DNA of 20,000 nt, from the IMG/VR virus record IMGVR_UViG_3300031539_000018, positions 49,346-69,345 of that record; one strand, 5' to 3'. The notes below the pieces were generated by a model that saw nothing but the letters and a program-made list of their open reading frames with translations, was not told the DNA's origin and did not search any database. Origin of the DNA: an uncultured virus (IMG/VR IMGVR_UViG_3300031539_000018) (Duplodnaviria > Heunggongvirae > Uroviricota > Caudoviricetes). The position numbers and the translations under genes were made by a program. This document shows, piece after piece, positions 1 through 8,955 of this stretch; the first letter of the stretch is position 1, and each line of letters opens with the position of its first letter.

Positions 1-2
1 TT

Positions 3-425
3 CCGCACTTCAAGTATGTGCGGCCCCTGATATGGGACAAGATTGTTTCCTACAACGGATACACGTGGCGACACCAGCATGAGTTGATTGCGTGGGGCGA
101 AGGAGTGGGGGCGCAGAGGGTTCCCACGGGCGATGGGGACATTCTGAGATGTAGGGGGGTTCTCCAGAAAGACAGAAGGCATCCCGCAGAAAAGCCACTC
201 GCTCTATTGCAGCAACTCATAGCCAAGCATGAACGGGGGCGGGTTGTATTGGACCCATTTGTTGGCTCAGGGACCACCCCCATAGCCGCATGGCTAGAGG
301 GCGATCACTACCTCGCCTTCGAGATAGACCCCGACGTAGCAGAGCGGGCGAGGGAGCGGGTGAGGAACACCCAGCCACCCCTCTTCGTGATGCAGCCAGA
401 GCAGACAATACTAGAACTGGAATGA
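3..425 (+). CDS. DNA N6-adenine/N4-cytosine methyltransferase, C-terminal part (5' truncated by window)
   Basis: Frame is open from the window edge. Contains HPAEKPLALLQQLI and the SAM-binding motif VLDPFVGSGTT...FEID typical of the N6_N4_Mtase family. Confidence 0.9.
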   Translation, partial: PHFKYVRPLIWDKIVSYNGYTWRHQHELIAWGEGVGAQRVPTGDGDILRCRGVLQKDRRHPAEKPLALLQQLIAKHERGRVVLDPFVGSGTTPIAAWLEGDHYLAFEIDPDVAERARERVRNTQPPLFVMQPEQTILELE

Positions 426-435
426 GGTGTAACCA

Positions 436-729
436 ATGGATAGTAACGTACTCACTCACAGCGCGGTGCTCCCAAGGCGCAACGTCAAGCGGCTGCGGCG
501 TTGCCTGAACCCTCAATGCCTCTACGTGGCGGGCGGCGGCAAGATGCCTTTGAAGATCACTCGCATTGGCGAGTATACCCGGCTTGGTTGCTCCAAGTGC
601 GGGTCCGTAAGTGTGTTCAACCCGGTAGCGACGGTAAGGCCTGACAAGGCCAGGCACATCTTCGTGGCTCGTGACCGTGGGGGCGTGGTGGAGCACATCT
701 TCCCCAAGGCGAGGGTATTGGTACCGTGA
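436..729 (+). CDS. Hypothetical protein with possible Zn-ribbon
   Basis: GAGGTG RBS; CLNPQC and CSKC pairs; GTGA overlap with next gene. Confidence 0.6.
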   Translation: MDSNVLTHSAVLPRRNVKRLRRCLNPQCLYVAGGGKMPLKITRIGEYTRLGCSKCGSVSVFNPVATVRPDKARHIFVARDRGGVVEHIFPKARVLVP

Positions 730-1205
730 GAAGGCGTTACTTCGAGTGGGACTATGTCGCCAACAGGGTCATTGAGTGGGTGCGTGTGGGTACGTGCTGC
801 CGGTGCGGTGCGTGTTGCCGGGGGTCCATCGGTTACAATTTCGAGAATGTTAAGACGTACCATGCGAATAAGGCGGGCGGCTATTATACCACTGGCAGGG
901 GTGTCTGGCAGGAGATCCGTGCGGGCCGGTATCGGCACTTTTTCCGGATGGAGTACATGGCCGTGAAGGGGCGGGGGTGGTGTGGCAGTTTCGAGAATGG
1001 CCTTTGTGCTGAGTATGAGCATCGGTCCTGGATTTGCCGGGAGTGGCCCTTCTCGCCCCGGTGCATTGCGCCGTTTGCGGAGTGCACCTATGGGTTCCGT
1101 GAGGTAGACCGCTGGCCGTTCGTGGTGGATGTCCCCAAGGATCCGGCAAAAGAGGGGAAGGATGCTGGCGGTTTTGTTCATGTGCCGCGGAGAGGGGTCC
1201 CGTGA
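726..1205 (+). CDS. YkgJ-like CxxCxxCC cysteine-cluster (Zn/Fe-S) protein
   Basis: CCRCGACCRG at the N-terminus and C...LCAEYEHRSWICREWPF, matching the family C-x-x-Y-x-x-R-x-x-x-C-R-x-(F/W)-P pattern. Confidence 0.8.
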   Translation: MRRRYFEWDYVANRVIEWVRVGTCCRCGACCRGSIGYNFENVKTYHANKAGGYYTTGRGVWQEIRAGRYRHFFRMEYMAVKGRGWCGSFENGLCAEYEHRSWICREWPFSPRCIAPFAECTYGFREVDRWPFVVDVPKDPAKEGKDAGGFVHVPRRGVP

Positions 1206-1870
1206 TCACTAAGCGCCTGGTTTACATCCACGTCTTCCGGACCGGCGGGTACATGGTGCAGGGGGTCTTGCGAAAGGTCCCTGGCCTGGTGATGGTCTCT
1301 GACAGGCCCACGGAGCACCTCACCTATGCACAGATGACCACGGTATGCGCTCAGCAGCGCATGTCGAGGCCACTGGCTGCTGTGTTCGTTCGCAACCCGT
1401 TTGACTGGTACGTGTCGATGTGGTGCTGGGTCAATACGGCCCCGAATGTGCCTTCCTTCCCTAGCTTCCGGGCATACCTGGGGGCGATTGATGAGAGGCG
1501 CTTTGGCATCACGGGAACGGGGCGCAACTACAGCAGATTCACCGACCATTGGAAGGACATGGGTGCTGACTCAGCAAAGTGGACGGGACGTTTCGAGCGC
1601 CTGCAGGAGGACTTCGTGGCCATCATGCTGGAGGCCATGCCTGAACTGGTGAACGAGAAGATGCTGAGGCGCCTTATAGTCAAGGAACCCATCCATCACC
1701 CCAGCAGGCATCCCCAGACCGGCAAGCACCCAGGGGCCTATCAGCAGTACTACGATGCGGAGACGAGGGCGCTGGTAGAGGGGTGGGACGGCGCGCTGTT
1801 GGAGCGCTTCGGCTACAATTTCGAGGGGGAGGAGGCGGATGATGAAGATTTATCCCATACCGGTGCCTGA
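1202..1870 (+). CDS. Sulfotransferase-family protein
   Basis: 5'-PAPS-loop-like YIHVFRTGG, 3'-PAPS-like FVRNPFDWYVSMW, GRFERLQEDF and YQQYYD...D...FGYNF. Confidence 0.8.
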   Translation: MITKRLVYIHVFRTGGYMVQGVLRKVPGLVMVSDRPTEHLTYAQMTTVCAQQRMSRPLAAVFVRNPFDWYVSMWCWVNTAPNVPSFPSFRAYLGAIDERRFGITGTGRNYSRFTDHWKDMGADSAKWTGRFERLQEDFVAIMLEAMPELVNEKMLRRLIVKEPIHHPSRHPQTGKHPGAYQQYYDAETRALVEGWDGALLERFGYNFEGEEADDEDLSHTGA

Positions 1871-2738
1871 CGAGTTCCGGCCTGCCAGTCAGGGCTATGC
1901 CATGCCGCCACACTGCCCGGTGGAGGGTTACGGCGTGGAGCAGGACTTCGACCTGTGGCTCCGGCAGCGCCCTACCATTCTGGCCCCAAGTATTGAGGAA
2001 GCTGATTGGTACTACCTACCGGTGTACTGGAATCGTCTTTTTATCGCTACCTGGAAGTGGGCTCAGGATGAGGCCGCTATTGAGCGGTGCACCCGGTATA
2101 TCGAGGACCTCCGGGGGGCCTTGGACTTCTCGCGGGTGTTCACCGTCTGCGAGTGGGACCTGACCACGGAACGGCAGGAGATCGGGATTGGGGAGATGAC
2201 CGTGCTCACGGCAGGGCGGCGGGACCACACGGGCATCGATGTCCCTTTGCTCTGCGCGCCCCATGGTGTCCCTCCCATGCAATATGCCAAGCGGCACCTG
2301 GCGTCGTTCGTGGGCAACGTCGGAACCTCCGGCTGGCGTCAGGCCATGCAGGAGGCCCTAGAGGTCTATGACGGGTGCCTGATTGAGCACGCGCAGAACG
2401 GTTCCGCCTACTTCCGGGACGTGATGACTGAGAGCTACGTAGCCCTGGCCCCCAGGGGGCACCGGGGTCAATCGTTCAGGTTCTACGAGGCCATGGACAT
2501 GGGCGTGGCCCCGGTGCTGATCGGCGACATGGACACGCGGCCCTTCAAGAACTGGATTGATTGGGACTCATGCTCGTACTACGTGCCTGACGCCTCGGAG
2601 TTGCCGGGGTTCCTAGACGGCCTTGATTTGGAGGACGCGCTTCGTCGCGGTGTACGGGCGGCGCAGGTGTATCATGAGGAGCTGCGGTTTGGAAGGTGGT
2701 GCCGGTTCGTTGTGCCGGAGCTTTTGAGCGTGCCGTGA
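1839..2738 (+). CDS. Exostosin/GT47-like glycosyltransferase
   Basis: GGAGG RBS; EEADWYYLPVY, LASFVG and SYVALAPRGHRGQSFRFYEAMDMGVAPVLIGD...PFKNWIDW resemble exostosin motifs (LxPxG...SxRxxEAxxxGxxPV). Confidence 0.8.
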   Translation: MMKIYPIPVPDEFRPASQGYAMPPHCPVEGYGVEQDFDLWLRQRPTILAPSIEEADWYYLPVYWNRLFIATWKWAQDEAAIERCTRYIEDLRGALDFSRVFTVCEWDLTTERQEIGIGEMTVLTAGRRDHTGIDVPLLCAPHGVPPMQYAKRHLASFVGNVGTSGWRQAMQEALEVYDGCLIEHAQNGSAYFRDVMTESYVALAPRGHRGQSFRFYEAMDMGVAPVLIGDMDTRPFKNWIDWDSCSYYVPDASELPGFLDGLDLEDALRRGVRAAQVYHEELRFGRWCRFVVPELLSVP

Positions 2739-2744
2739 ACTCCT

Positions 2745-2808
2745 GCCGCCTTGCCAGGGGCGGCGCGTTTCCTCCTTTCTTTGGGGGGCAGGGCCGGGCC
2801 TGCCCCCC
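2745..2808 (+). terminator. Tandem GC hairpins after the GT47-like gene; probable intrinsic terminator
   Basis: GCCGCC/GGCGGC stem (2745-2764) followed by a pyrimidine/T-rich tract, then GGGGGGCAGG/CCTGCCCCCC stem (2783-2808). Confidence 0.55.
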
Positions 2809-3031
2809 GCTTCATTACTGGTGATTCCCGGCGATAAGGATTCTGGCCTGTTTCTCCCTCTGGACTTGCATGTAAACGACGCTATTCTGTTTTGTTTGCG
2901 ACCTTGCTTTTGGGCGTCATTAGCGGCGCCCTGGCGGGCGCTGGCGGTTTTTGTGGCAGAATAGGTCTCTTGGTATCCTCGAAACGGCAGAACGACGCAC
3001 AGTGAATCATGTTATAATAGCAAACTGGTAC

Positions 3032-3060
3032 TTGACAAAAAACAAACAACCTGTTATAAT
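3032..3060 (+). promoter_or_regulatory. Consensus sigma70-type promoter with extended -10
   Basis: TTGACA (3032-3037), 17 bp, TATAAT (3055-3060) with TG at the extended -10 position. A second TGTTATAAT lies at 3010-3018. Confidence 0.9.
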
Positions 3061-3090
3061 ATAAGTAGAATGAAGAAGCAGGAGGGGGCA

Positions 3091-3585
3091 ATGGGGAGCG
3101 AGATCAAGGACCTGAGGGTTTGGAAGAGAAACGGCGGCAAAGAAGTCAGATATTATGTCCACACGGTCGATGGCCGCGAAGGTTGCCACTACGTGACCGG
3201 CAATCACTGGAATGAGGCGGGGAGTTACAGCGGCGATATGACCGAGGCGGAGTGGGCAGAAGCTCTTGAGATCGCAACCTGGGACGGTACAGTTCACACG
3301 GTTTACGAAGACCGGGTGAACCAGGCCAAAGCCAATGCAGATGTCGGGGAACCGGTGAAGCGGGAATCGCAGTCGCGCAAGAACGCCTACGCGGGGGTTT
3401 GCATCTACTGTGGTCGATCAGTTCCGGCGCGGTCAGGCGAATTGCTCTACATCGGCGAGGGCGACGAATACGCATTTCAGAATGCCCGGTTCGGTGGTTT
3501 TGGCTGGCAAGTCAAGTGTGCCGGTGGTTGTCTCTCGGTAGCGTCGGGAGCAGCGACGGGCAGCGAAGAATCAATCACAGCATAG
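3091..3585 (+). CDS. Hypothetical phage early protein with C-terminal CxxC
   Basis: First gene after the promoter; GGAGGGGG RBS before ATG 3091 (alternative start 3070); KNAYAGVCIYCG motif. Confidence 0.75.
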   Translation: MGSEIKDLRVWKRNGGKEVRYYVHTVDGREGCHYVTGNHWNEAGSYSGDMTEAEWAEALEIATWDGTVHTVYEDRVNQAKANADVGEPVKRESQSRKNAYAGVCIYCGRSVPARSGELLYIGEGDEYAFQNARFGGFGWQVKCAGGCLSVASGAATGSEESITA

Positions 3586-3604
3586 CAATGAGGAGGAGAG
3601 GACA

Positions 3605-3814
3605 ATGGCACAGAGAGTCTATCGCAATCCCGATGCAGTTCTCAGGGCCGCGCAACGCAAGCTAGGGGGCAGGCTGGCAACTGACACCGGCTCGCCAGTT
3701 CTGCATCTCTCGCAGCGCAGCTCAGTCCACGGCGCAGTTGTAGACACATATCTATCGCCTAGCCAGGCGGCTGAGTGCGCTGGACTGGACTACCTGCCAC
3801 ATGACCAAGCATAG
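3605..3814 (+). CDS. Hypothetical protein
   Basis: GAGGAGGAGAGG RBS; fits operon packing. Confidence 0.65.
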   Translation: MAQRVYRNPDAVLRAAQRKLGGRLATDTGSPVLHLSQRSSVHGAVVDTYLSPSQAAECAGLDYLPHDQA

Positions 3815-3851
3815 CCACGGCGGAACCTATACATAGAGAGGAGAAGATACA

Positions 3852-4066
3852 ATGACACACCCTTGGGAAGATGTGGGGGGAACGCTCTGCCCTGAGTGCG
3901 GAGAGCCAACGGGTACTGTGATGCGTTCGGCTAGGGAGGAGAGGCCGAGTGGCCCGCTTGGGTTGCTTATCATGATGAGAAGTACCTGGTCGATGCTGTT
4001 CGCGAGAAGGTCGAGAGGGCCGCATGGGCAGTAGCCGATGCCAAGATGGAGGGAAACGATGGCTAA
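3852..4066 (+). pseudogene. Probable degraded Zn-ribbon gene (frameshift plus internal TAG)
   Basis: RBS and MTHPWEDVGGTLCPECGEPT in one frame. A second frame from 3914 reads YCDAFG*GGEAEWPAWVAYHDEKYLVDAVREKVERAAW...NDG* and overlaps the next start. Confidence 0.45.
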
Positions 4067-4271
4067 CGTGTCGCAGGAAGAGTTCGACAGGGTCCTGGCG
4101 GAGGTGGAGCGCAAGACCTGCTTCCGGTTCACGGCGGGTACGCGGAACCCCACGTCAACTGCGTTCATGGTGCCAGTCGCGTCCGACGGCAAAACTCCCA
4201 TGGGCAGCGCCACAGAGTTTTCCTGGAAGCAGTTGGTGGGTATGTCCAAACTTCCCGAGAGACCCAAGTAG
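4059..4271 (+). CDS. Hypothetical protein
   Basis: GGAGGG RBS before ATG 4059 (alternative start 4038). Confidence 0.6.
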   Translation: MANVSQEEFDRVLAEVERKTCFRFTAGTRNPTSTAFMVPVASDGKTPMGSATEFSWKQLVGMSKLPERPK

Positions 4272-4340
4272 CCGATAACCGGGGGCAACCCCGGTCACCC
4301 GCGATGCCGCCGTGCGGGTCCGATGAGGCAGAGGGCGGCA
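4271..4340 (+). ncRNA. Variant type II hammerhead-like ribozyme with loop I/3' tail pseudoknot
   Basis: GCC-GATAA-[CCGGGG GCAA CCCCGG]-TC-[ACCCGCG...TGCGGGT]-CCGATGA-GGC. Loop TGCCGCC (4305-4311) is complementary to GGCGGCA (4334-4340). Confidence 0.65.
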
Positions 4341-4363
4341 ACGGAGGACAGAGGAGGCTACCA

Positions 4364-5017
4364 ATGACTGCACTGACTCTCGATGAACAAAGTCTCAAGA
4401 CATGGCAGCGGCTGCGCCCCACGCACAAGCAGATACTGAGCCTGGGCACCAACCCCAAGCAGTTCATGCACGTGCAGATGGGCCAACTGGAGGCCTGGGG
4501 CAATGGCTTTATGCTACTGGTGGGGAACTCGCCGGATGTGCCGTGCGTGGACGAGAGAGAACGCACGGACTGGACCAACAAGCAGCATCTCCTGAAGCCG
4601 GGTTCTTGCCCTATGGATCCGCTGCTCTACGTGGAGGCCGACGGCTACAGCACGCGGGATAGGTCCCTGCTCATCATGGCTATGCTGTCGCCCACGGATG
4701 GGGCCGTGCTGGAGCACCTGACCGTCAATGCCCGCATGGCGCTCTTCATAGAACGCGAGTACAGAGCACGGTTCCCCGAGGACTGGATACTTGGCTGGCG
4801 GGGTAACTTATCGGCGGAGGCGCACATGCACGGCTGCGCCAAGGTACACCCGAGGCCGCTGACGTACTGCGTGCGGGGTCCGGCGGAGGATGGCTGGATT
4901 GGGGCAGGGGTGCTCATGCCCAGGACGGCGGGCTTTGTGAGGGCTAGGGACGGCTCCCAGGCGGTGCGGTATGATAGTGGGACTAGGATGTATCATCGTG
5001 AGGCACCTGGCGTATAG
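4364..5017 (+). CDS. Hypothetical protein
   Basis: GAGGAGG RBS before ATG 4364; long ORF; no family recognised. Confidence 0.7.
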   Translation: MTALTLDEQSLKTWQRLRPTHKQILSLGTNPKQFMHVQMGQLEAWGNGFMLLVGNSPDVPCVDERERTDWTNKQHLLKPGSCPMDPLLYVEADGYSTRDRSLLIMAMLSPTDGAVLEHLTVNARMALFIEREYRARFPEDWILGWRGNLSAEAHMHGCAKVHPRPLTYCVRGPAEDGWIGAGVLMPRTAGFVRARDGSQAVRYDSGTRMYHREAPGV

Positions 5018-5054
5018 GAAGGCTTTGAGATTATGAGAGAGGGAGGATGGTGAT

Positions 5055-5312
5055 ATGACCCGCATGATAGAACCGTATAATGCGAGATCTCTGGAACCTG
5101 GCGATGTGATGGTGCGCACAGTGGCAGTGCATGTACTTCCGGGGCGTCAGGATGGTGAGCTGCTATATCGTGTGTACGTTTGCGCGTGGTCTGACCCGCC
5201 CCTGAGTGATGGGGTGCCGCAGGGTACGCGCATCTATGATGAGGGGGGCAAGGTAGCACAACAGCTATGCCCGATCATCGGCTACGTCGGGGCCAAACCT
5301 GACCTGGGCTGA
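5055..5312 (+). CDS. Hypothetical protein
   Basis: GGAGGATGGTG RBS; fits operon packing. Confidence 0.7.
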   Translation: MTRMIEPYNARSLEPGDVMVRTVAVHVLPGRQDGELLYRVYVCAWSDPPLSDGVPQGTRIYDEGGKVAQQLCPIIGYVGAKPDLG

Positions 5313-5367
5313 TGTTTTGCTGGCAAAGGAAACTGTGGGCTGCGCTTTTGCGCAAAAGGAGGGAGAG

Positions 5368-5730
5368 ATGGACTGCTTTCTGGAATCACTAAGTGTGGCA
5401 ATGAGCTGTGGGGTGGTTCTCGGTCTTTTGCTACTAGCGGCTGTACTCGGGTTTGGCATAGCGGGTGAGCTGGGCCTCATTGCCCCAATAGGAAATGAGA
5501 AGCCAAACCGGCGCTGGCTTGAGAGGCAACGGGGTTATAACCTGCCCAACATGCCCAACAGGACCCCGGCACAGATAATCCGGTTCCTTTGTCATGAGTA
5601 TGCCGCGTGCCGCAAAAACGAGAGGTACTTCAAGGCGAAGGGTTATTCTGCAGAGGCTCATCAGTATCGCATGTGGGCAGGCTATCTCAGGATAGCGATT
5701 GTAGATCTCAAGAGAGGCCGCACGAAATAG
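5368..5730 (+). CDS. Hypothetical protein with N-terminal transmembrane segment
   Basis: AGGAGGGAG RBS; hydrophobic GVVLGLLLLAAVLGFGIAG. Confidence 0.65.
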   Translation: MDCFLESLSVAMSCGVVLGLLLLAAVLGFGIAGELGLIAPIGNEKPNRRWLERQRGYNLPNMPNRTPAQIIRFLCHEYAACRKNERYFKAKGYSAEAHQYRMWAGYLRIAIVDLKRGRTK

Positions 5731-5741
5731 GGAGATGGGCG

Positions 5742-5969
5742 ATGCCAGATAAGTTTCGGGGCCAGTATCCGACGGTGCCCTGTGTGGAACAGCGCCTTGA
5801 GGAGTACCTGGATAAAGAGGACCGCTGCGTCCTGGAGGACGACTACTGGTGGGAGATGCAGGACGCGGCGGCTGACAGCGGGGTGGACGTGATGATCCTG
5901 GTGGAGGAGATACCGTTTGAGAAGTGGCTGCGGGCCAGGAGGGAGGGGCGTGGTGACCGCGAAAGCTAG
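5742..5969 (+). CDS. Small acidic hypothetical protein
   Basis: GGGAG RBS; MPDKFRGQYP...; fills the gap between neighbouring genes. Confidence 0.6.
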   Translation: MPDKFRGQYPTVPCVEQRLEEYLDKEDRCVLEDDYWWEMQDAAADSGVDVMILVEEIPFEKWLRARREGRGDRES

Positions 5970-6462
5970 TCGTGTCAAGAGGGCGCGGGCCATGGTGGAC
6001 CTGGGTGCGGTGTCGGTCCTGCGGAAGAAGAAAGGGAACCGGCAACGGGCCTGGCGTATGCCCAGCGCCTCCGTGATGGGTAGCTGGTACGAGGTCTTTG
6101 CCAAGTTCGTGGCGGACAATGGCATAGTCCGGGCGTGGTTCTTCTGCAACCATATTCACCCGTGGGGTGACTGCGAACCTGATTCTAGCCCTACGCTCCC
6201 TACAGAGTTGGGCGGAAACTACGCATCTATGGAGAAGTGCGACGGCAACCGCAACACGGTCTGCTATCACTGCCTGGCGGCCATGGTCAAACTGGCCAAA
6301 GGCCGCCGGATGACCGTGCAGTTTGTGGACAGCCGCCGGAAGGCTCAGGCGCTTGCGCGGCTGGGGACGGTGGTGGAGATGTGTGGGGAGGGGCAGGTGA
6401 AGCCGAAGGTGTGGGCTGTGATGCGCAAGCGAGGAAGGAAGAGGAGGAAGTGCAGTGGCTAA
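5950..6462 (+). CDS. Hypothetical protein with SWIM-like Zn-binding motif
   Basis: GGAGGGG RBS before GTG; C...CDGNRNTVCYHCLAAM resembles the SWIM C-x-H-x-x-A pattern; basic tail. Confidence 0.6.
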   Translation: MVTAKASRVKRARAMVDLGAVSVLRKKKGNRQRAWRMPSASVMGSWYEVFAKFVADNGIVRAWFFCNHIHPWGDCEPDSSPTLPTELGGNYASMEKCDGNRNTVCYHCLAAMVKLAKGRRMTVQFVDSRRKAQALARLGTVVEMCGEGQVKPKVWAVMRKRGRKRRKCSG

Positions 6463-6856
6463 ACCGCGGTTCCGGCGCGGGTTCAAGCAGCACCGCCTCC
6501 GTGCTCGGTACGTATGTCCCAAGTGCAGGCGCGTGGCTTACTACCCGTGCTACCTAGACGGGCCGGGGGAGCGGATTCGTGGGCGTCCCAAGGAAGACTA
6601 CTGCACCTGCGGGGCGCTCACCGAGTATTGGGGATTCACGAGCCGCTACAAGGGCACGGTGCCCTACGCCTGGGGTGGGCGGTGGATGCGGGATTGTAAG
6701 GACTGTAAGAAGTCTACGGAGCATGCCCGCATGGACGAAGGGGGCAAGTTGTGCCGCTGTATGGAGTGTGGCCAGCAGCGGCATCTCGACGATGAAGAGG
6801 AGAAGCGTCGGGAGGAGTCCCAGAATTGGACCGCAACAGACATTTGGGGAGAGTGA
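6455..6856 (+). CDS. Cys-rich Zn-finger protein
   Basis: CPKC, CTCG, CKDC and CMECG pairs; GAGGAGG RBS. Confidence 0.7.
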   Translation: MAKPRFRRGFKQHRLRARYVCPKCRRVAYYPCYLDGPGERIRGRPKEDYCTCGALTEYWGFTSRYKGTVPYAWGGRWMRDCKDCKKSTEHARMDEGGKLCRCMECGQQRHLDDEEEKRREESQNWTATDIWGE

Positions 6857-6865
6857 GGAAACGTG

Positions 6866-8062
6866 ATGAAAGAGTACTCAATCTGGCAAGAGCAGACCTT
6901 AGCTGTAATGACGGCTATGCAGGCCAACGTGCCTGCGCTCATCTTAGGGGTGCCCGGCATCGCCAAGACGGCGTTCCTGAAAGCGGCTACGAAGGCCCTG
7001 GGATGGGATTTGTACGTGTTTATGGGCAGTATCCGGCAGCCCTCGGACATCATTGGCTACCTGGCCCCGGACTTGGAGCGCCGGGTGACTTTGGAGCTGC
7101 CCCTGGAGTGGGCGCGTAGCATCAGCGACCGCGCCACCGAGGGTCATGTGACTGTGGTGTTTCTTGAGGAGCTGACTACGGTGTTCCCTGCGATGCAGGC
7201 GGCACAACTCCGGTTCGTGCATGAGCGGTGCGTAGGCGATTGCTACCTTGGTGATAGCACCCGCATTGTGGCGGCTGCGAACCCGCCGGAGATGGCCCCT
7301 GGGGGATTTCAACTGTCACCGCCTATGGCTAACCGGTTGCTGCATCTGGGGTGGCAGGAGGACGCGGCGCATTGGGCCGACAATATGCTGCTAGACTTCC
7401 CGGCCCCGGTGCTGCCTACGTTTGATGCGGCCAAGGCGGCGGAGTCCCGTGAGCGGTGGAAGGGGTTGATTTACGCCTACATCATGGGATACCGTCGGCA
7501 GCACTTGGTGGTCATGCCTGTGGATCGGGAGGGCCGTGTGGATGAGGAGAAGGCGTCTGGGCCGTGGGCCAGTGAGCGGTCCTGGTATGAGTACCTGCTG
7601 CCCTGTTTGTCCTGGCTGGATGCTGTGCGGGGCATCTCTAAGCAACTCTATGAGAGCGTGCGGGAGCGGTTGGCGGTGGGGTCTATTGGTGCAGTGGGTG
7701 CGGAGTTCCTTCTGTGGTCCGATAACCTGGACCTCACCTCGGCGGAGGACATGCTCAAGCAGGGGTCCAAGTACGTGGTGCCGGACCGCCAGGACAGGGC
7801 CTATGCGGAGCTGGCGAACCTGGCGATTTACGTGTCCGGCAAGAAGATCACGCCGAAGATTTGGGTAGCGGCCTGGAATGTATTTGCGGCTGCGGCGGAC
7901 CAGGGCAAGACGGGCACGGCTGCGGCTGCGGCGCGGTCCCTAGCGTCCAAGGCCAGGGCTGACCTACCCCCGGTTTACGAACAGATAGCGCGGTTTCAAC
8001 CTTTGCTGGAGCGTGCGAAGATGATACCGAAACTGGATGATGACGCGGCGATGGAACTGTGA
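6866..8062 (+). CDS. MoxR-type AAA+ ATPase
   Basis: Walker A GVPGIAKT, Walker B VVFLEE, sensor-1 AAANPPE and arginine-finger region LSPPMANRL. Confidence 0.88.
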   Translation: MKEYSIWQEQTLAVMTAMQANVPALILGVPGIAKTAFLKAATKALGWDLYVFMGSIRQPSDIIGYLAPDLERRVTLELPLEWARSISDRATEGHVTVVFLEELTTVFPAMQAAQLRFVHERCVGDCYLGDSTRIVAAANPPEMAPGGFQLSPPMANRLLHLGWQEDAAHWADNMLLDFPAPVLPTFDAAKAAESRERWKGLIYAYIMGYRRQHLVVMPVDREGRVDEEKASGPWASERSWYEYLLPCLSWLDAVRGISKQLYESVRERLAVGSIGAVGAEFLLWSDNLDLTSAEDMLKQGSKYVVPDRQDRAYAELANLAIYVSGKKITPKIWVAAWNVFAAAADQGKTGTAAAAARSLASKARADLPPVYEQIARFQPLLERAKMIPKLDDDAAMEL

Positions 8063-8076
8063 GGAGGTAGGAGAAG

Positions 8077-8955
8077 ATGGGCAAGACGAGGATTGAGTGG
8101 GCTGATGAGAGCTGGAATCCAATCACGGGCTGCACCCATGCGGGTACTCCCGGCTGCGACAACTGCTATGCCCGGCGCATGGCACAGAGACTGGCGGGGC
8201 GGTTCGGGTATCCCGAGAAGCCACATCAGTTCGACGTGACGTTTCACCAGGACAAGCTGGATGAACCGCTGAGTTGGAGGAAGCCGAGAGTGGTGTTCGT
8301 GTGCTCGATGGGGGACCTGTTTCACCAGGATGTGACCTGGGAGCAGAGGGGCGATGTGTGGCAGGCGATGTATGAGGCTCCACAGCATACCTTCTTGGTA
8401 CTGACCAAGCGGCCAGCGGAGATGCGCGATTGGTTCATTGGCTATTGGCAAGAGGCAGTTGCGACCAGCGACGAGCTAATTCTATCCAACGTCTACCTCG
8501 GCGTCTCGGTCGAAACCCAAGACCAGATGTGGCGGGTCGAGGAGCTGGTCAAGATACCGGGCAAGCACTGGGTGAACTTCGGCCCGCTGTTGGGGCCCGT
8601 CACGATCCCCCCTGAGCTACTAGCACGACTTGCTGGCGCAGCCGTGGAGGGCGAATCAGGGCCAGGGGCTAGGCCAATGCACCCCGACTGGGCACGAAAC
8701 ATCAGAGATCAATGCGTAGCAGCAGAGATTCCATTTTCGTTCAAGCAATGGGGGGAGTGGGGGCCAACTTCCTACGGTGGTTCCTATGAGCGCTATCACG
8801 CATTCACAAGACCACTACCGCCGGATCCTGCACGTATGATGGTTGAGGCTCAGGTATACCGTGTTGGAAAGGCCCAGGCAGGCCGACTACTCGACGGGCA
8901 GCTCTGGAATCAGTGGCCGTGGGATGTGATAGGGGACATGGAGCATGGTGAGTGA
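8077..8955 (+). CDS. Phage Gp37/Gp68 (DUF5131) family protein
   Basis: TRIEWADESWNPITGC...GCDNCYA, FVCSMGDLFH, LTKRP, LGVSVE, GESGPGARPMHPDWAR, FKQWGEW and KAQAGRLLDG. Confidence 0.93.
   Translation: MGKTRIEWADESWNPITGCTHAGTPGCDNCYARRMAQRLAGRFGYPEKPHQFDVTFHQDKLDEPLSWRKPRVVFVCSMGDLFHQDVTWEQRGDVWQAMYEAPQHTFLVLTKRPAEMRDWFIGYWQEAVATSDELILSNVYLGVSVETQDQMWRVEELVKIPGKHWVNFGPLLGPVTIPPELLARLAGAAVEGESGPGARPMHPDWARNIRDQCVAAEIPFSFKQWGEWGPTSYGGSYERYHAFTRPLPPDPARMMVEAQVYRVGKAQAGRLLDGQLWNQWPWDVIGDMEHGE

Noticed and set aside
5434..6522. Long minus-strand ORFs (also 17652-18608, 522-1181 and 9201-9857)
   Set aside because: They are antisense shadows of well-supported + strand genes in GC-rich DNA, with no recognisable motifs.
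7872..7903. Partial match of spacer 3 to the MoxR gene (TTGCGGCTGCG core)
   Set aside because: Only about 20 of 32 positions match in GC-rich sequence. No convincing self-target for any spacer was found in the window by eye.
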